Below, piece after piece: positions 19,411 to 20,000 of a stretch of DNA of 20,000 nucleotides. A program made the translations under genes and the position numbers. This stretch comes from Chiloscyllium plagiosum (Eukaryota). Under the pieces are notes generated by a model. The model made no database searches. It had not been told where the DNA came from and saw nothing but the letters and a program-made list of their open reading frames with translations. The stretch lies in NCBI RefSeq assembly GCF_004010195.1, contig NC_057757.1:4645919-4665918 (forward strand). The letters run 5' to 3'. Position 1 is the first letter of the stretch; every line of letters begins with the position of its first letter.

Positions 19411-20000
19411 TGTCTGTCTCTCTCTGCCTGTCTCTCTGCCTGCCCTCTGCCCCTCTGCCCCTGCCCGTCTCTCTCTCTCTGTCTCTCTCTCTCTCTCTGT
19501 CTCTCTCTCTCTCTCTGTCTCTCTCTCTCTCTCTGTCTCTCTCTCTCTCTCTGTCTCTCTCTCTCTCTCTGTCTCTCTCTCTCTCTCTGTCTCTCTCTCT
19601 CTCTCTGTCTCTCTCTCTCTCTCTGTCTCTCTCTCTCTCTCTGTCTCTCTCTCTCTCTCTGTCTCTCTCTCTCTCTCTGTCTCTCTCTCTCTCTCTGTCT
19701 CTCTCTCTCTCTCTGTCTCTCTCTCTCTCTCTGTCTCTCTCTCTCTCTCTGTCTCTCTCTCTCTCTCTGTCTCTCTCTCTCTCTCTGTCTCTCTCTCTCT
19801 CTCTGTCTCTCTCTCTCTCTCTGTCTCTCTCTCTCTCTCTGTCTCTCTCTCTCTCTCTGTCTCTCTCTCTCTCTCTGTCTCTCTCTCTCTCTCTGTCTCT
19901 CTCTCTCTCTCTGTCTCTCTCTCTCTCTCTGTCTCTCTCTCTCTCTCTGTCTCTCTCTCTCTCTCTGTCTCTCTCTCTCTCTGTCTCTCTCTCTCTCTCT
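19411..20000. repeat. Polypyrimidine array: degenerate start, then a perfect 18-bp unit GT(CT)8, about 29 copies, running off the window
   Basis: G at 19481, 19499, 19517, 19535 and onward with a constant 18-bp period. Confidence 0.97.

Overview
Eukaryotic, repeat-dense DNA from a shark (elasmobranch). The assignment rests on HE1 V-SINEs, their CR1/HER1 partner LINE, DeuSINE (SacSINE1-like) remnants and shark-type Penelope-like elements (PLEs). There are two assembly gaps and no intact host gene or intact transposon ORF; almost all listed ORFs are retroelement debris or low-complexity artefacts. The most interesting signal is not in the ORF track. On the minus strand at about 18316-19409, a frameshifted, stop-riddled reading frame aligns by eye, almost colinearly over roughly 130-140 aa, with the conserved core of paramyxovirus-type (Mononegavirales) nucleoprotein. 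It is therefore a candidate endogenous viral element, split by a CR1 fragment and abutting a same-orientation PLE. The window also holds several PLE-derived minimal hammerhead ribozyme motifs (one apparently intact and dropped into a CR1 RT ORF), nested insertions, a 53-bp tandem expansion inside an HE1 SINE and one candidate orphan exon. All family calls come from recalled consensus sequences, not database searches, and boundaries are approximate.
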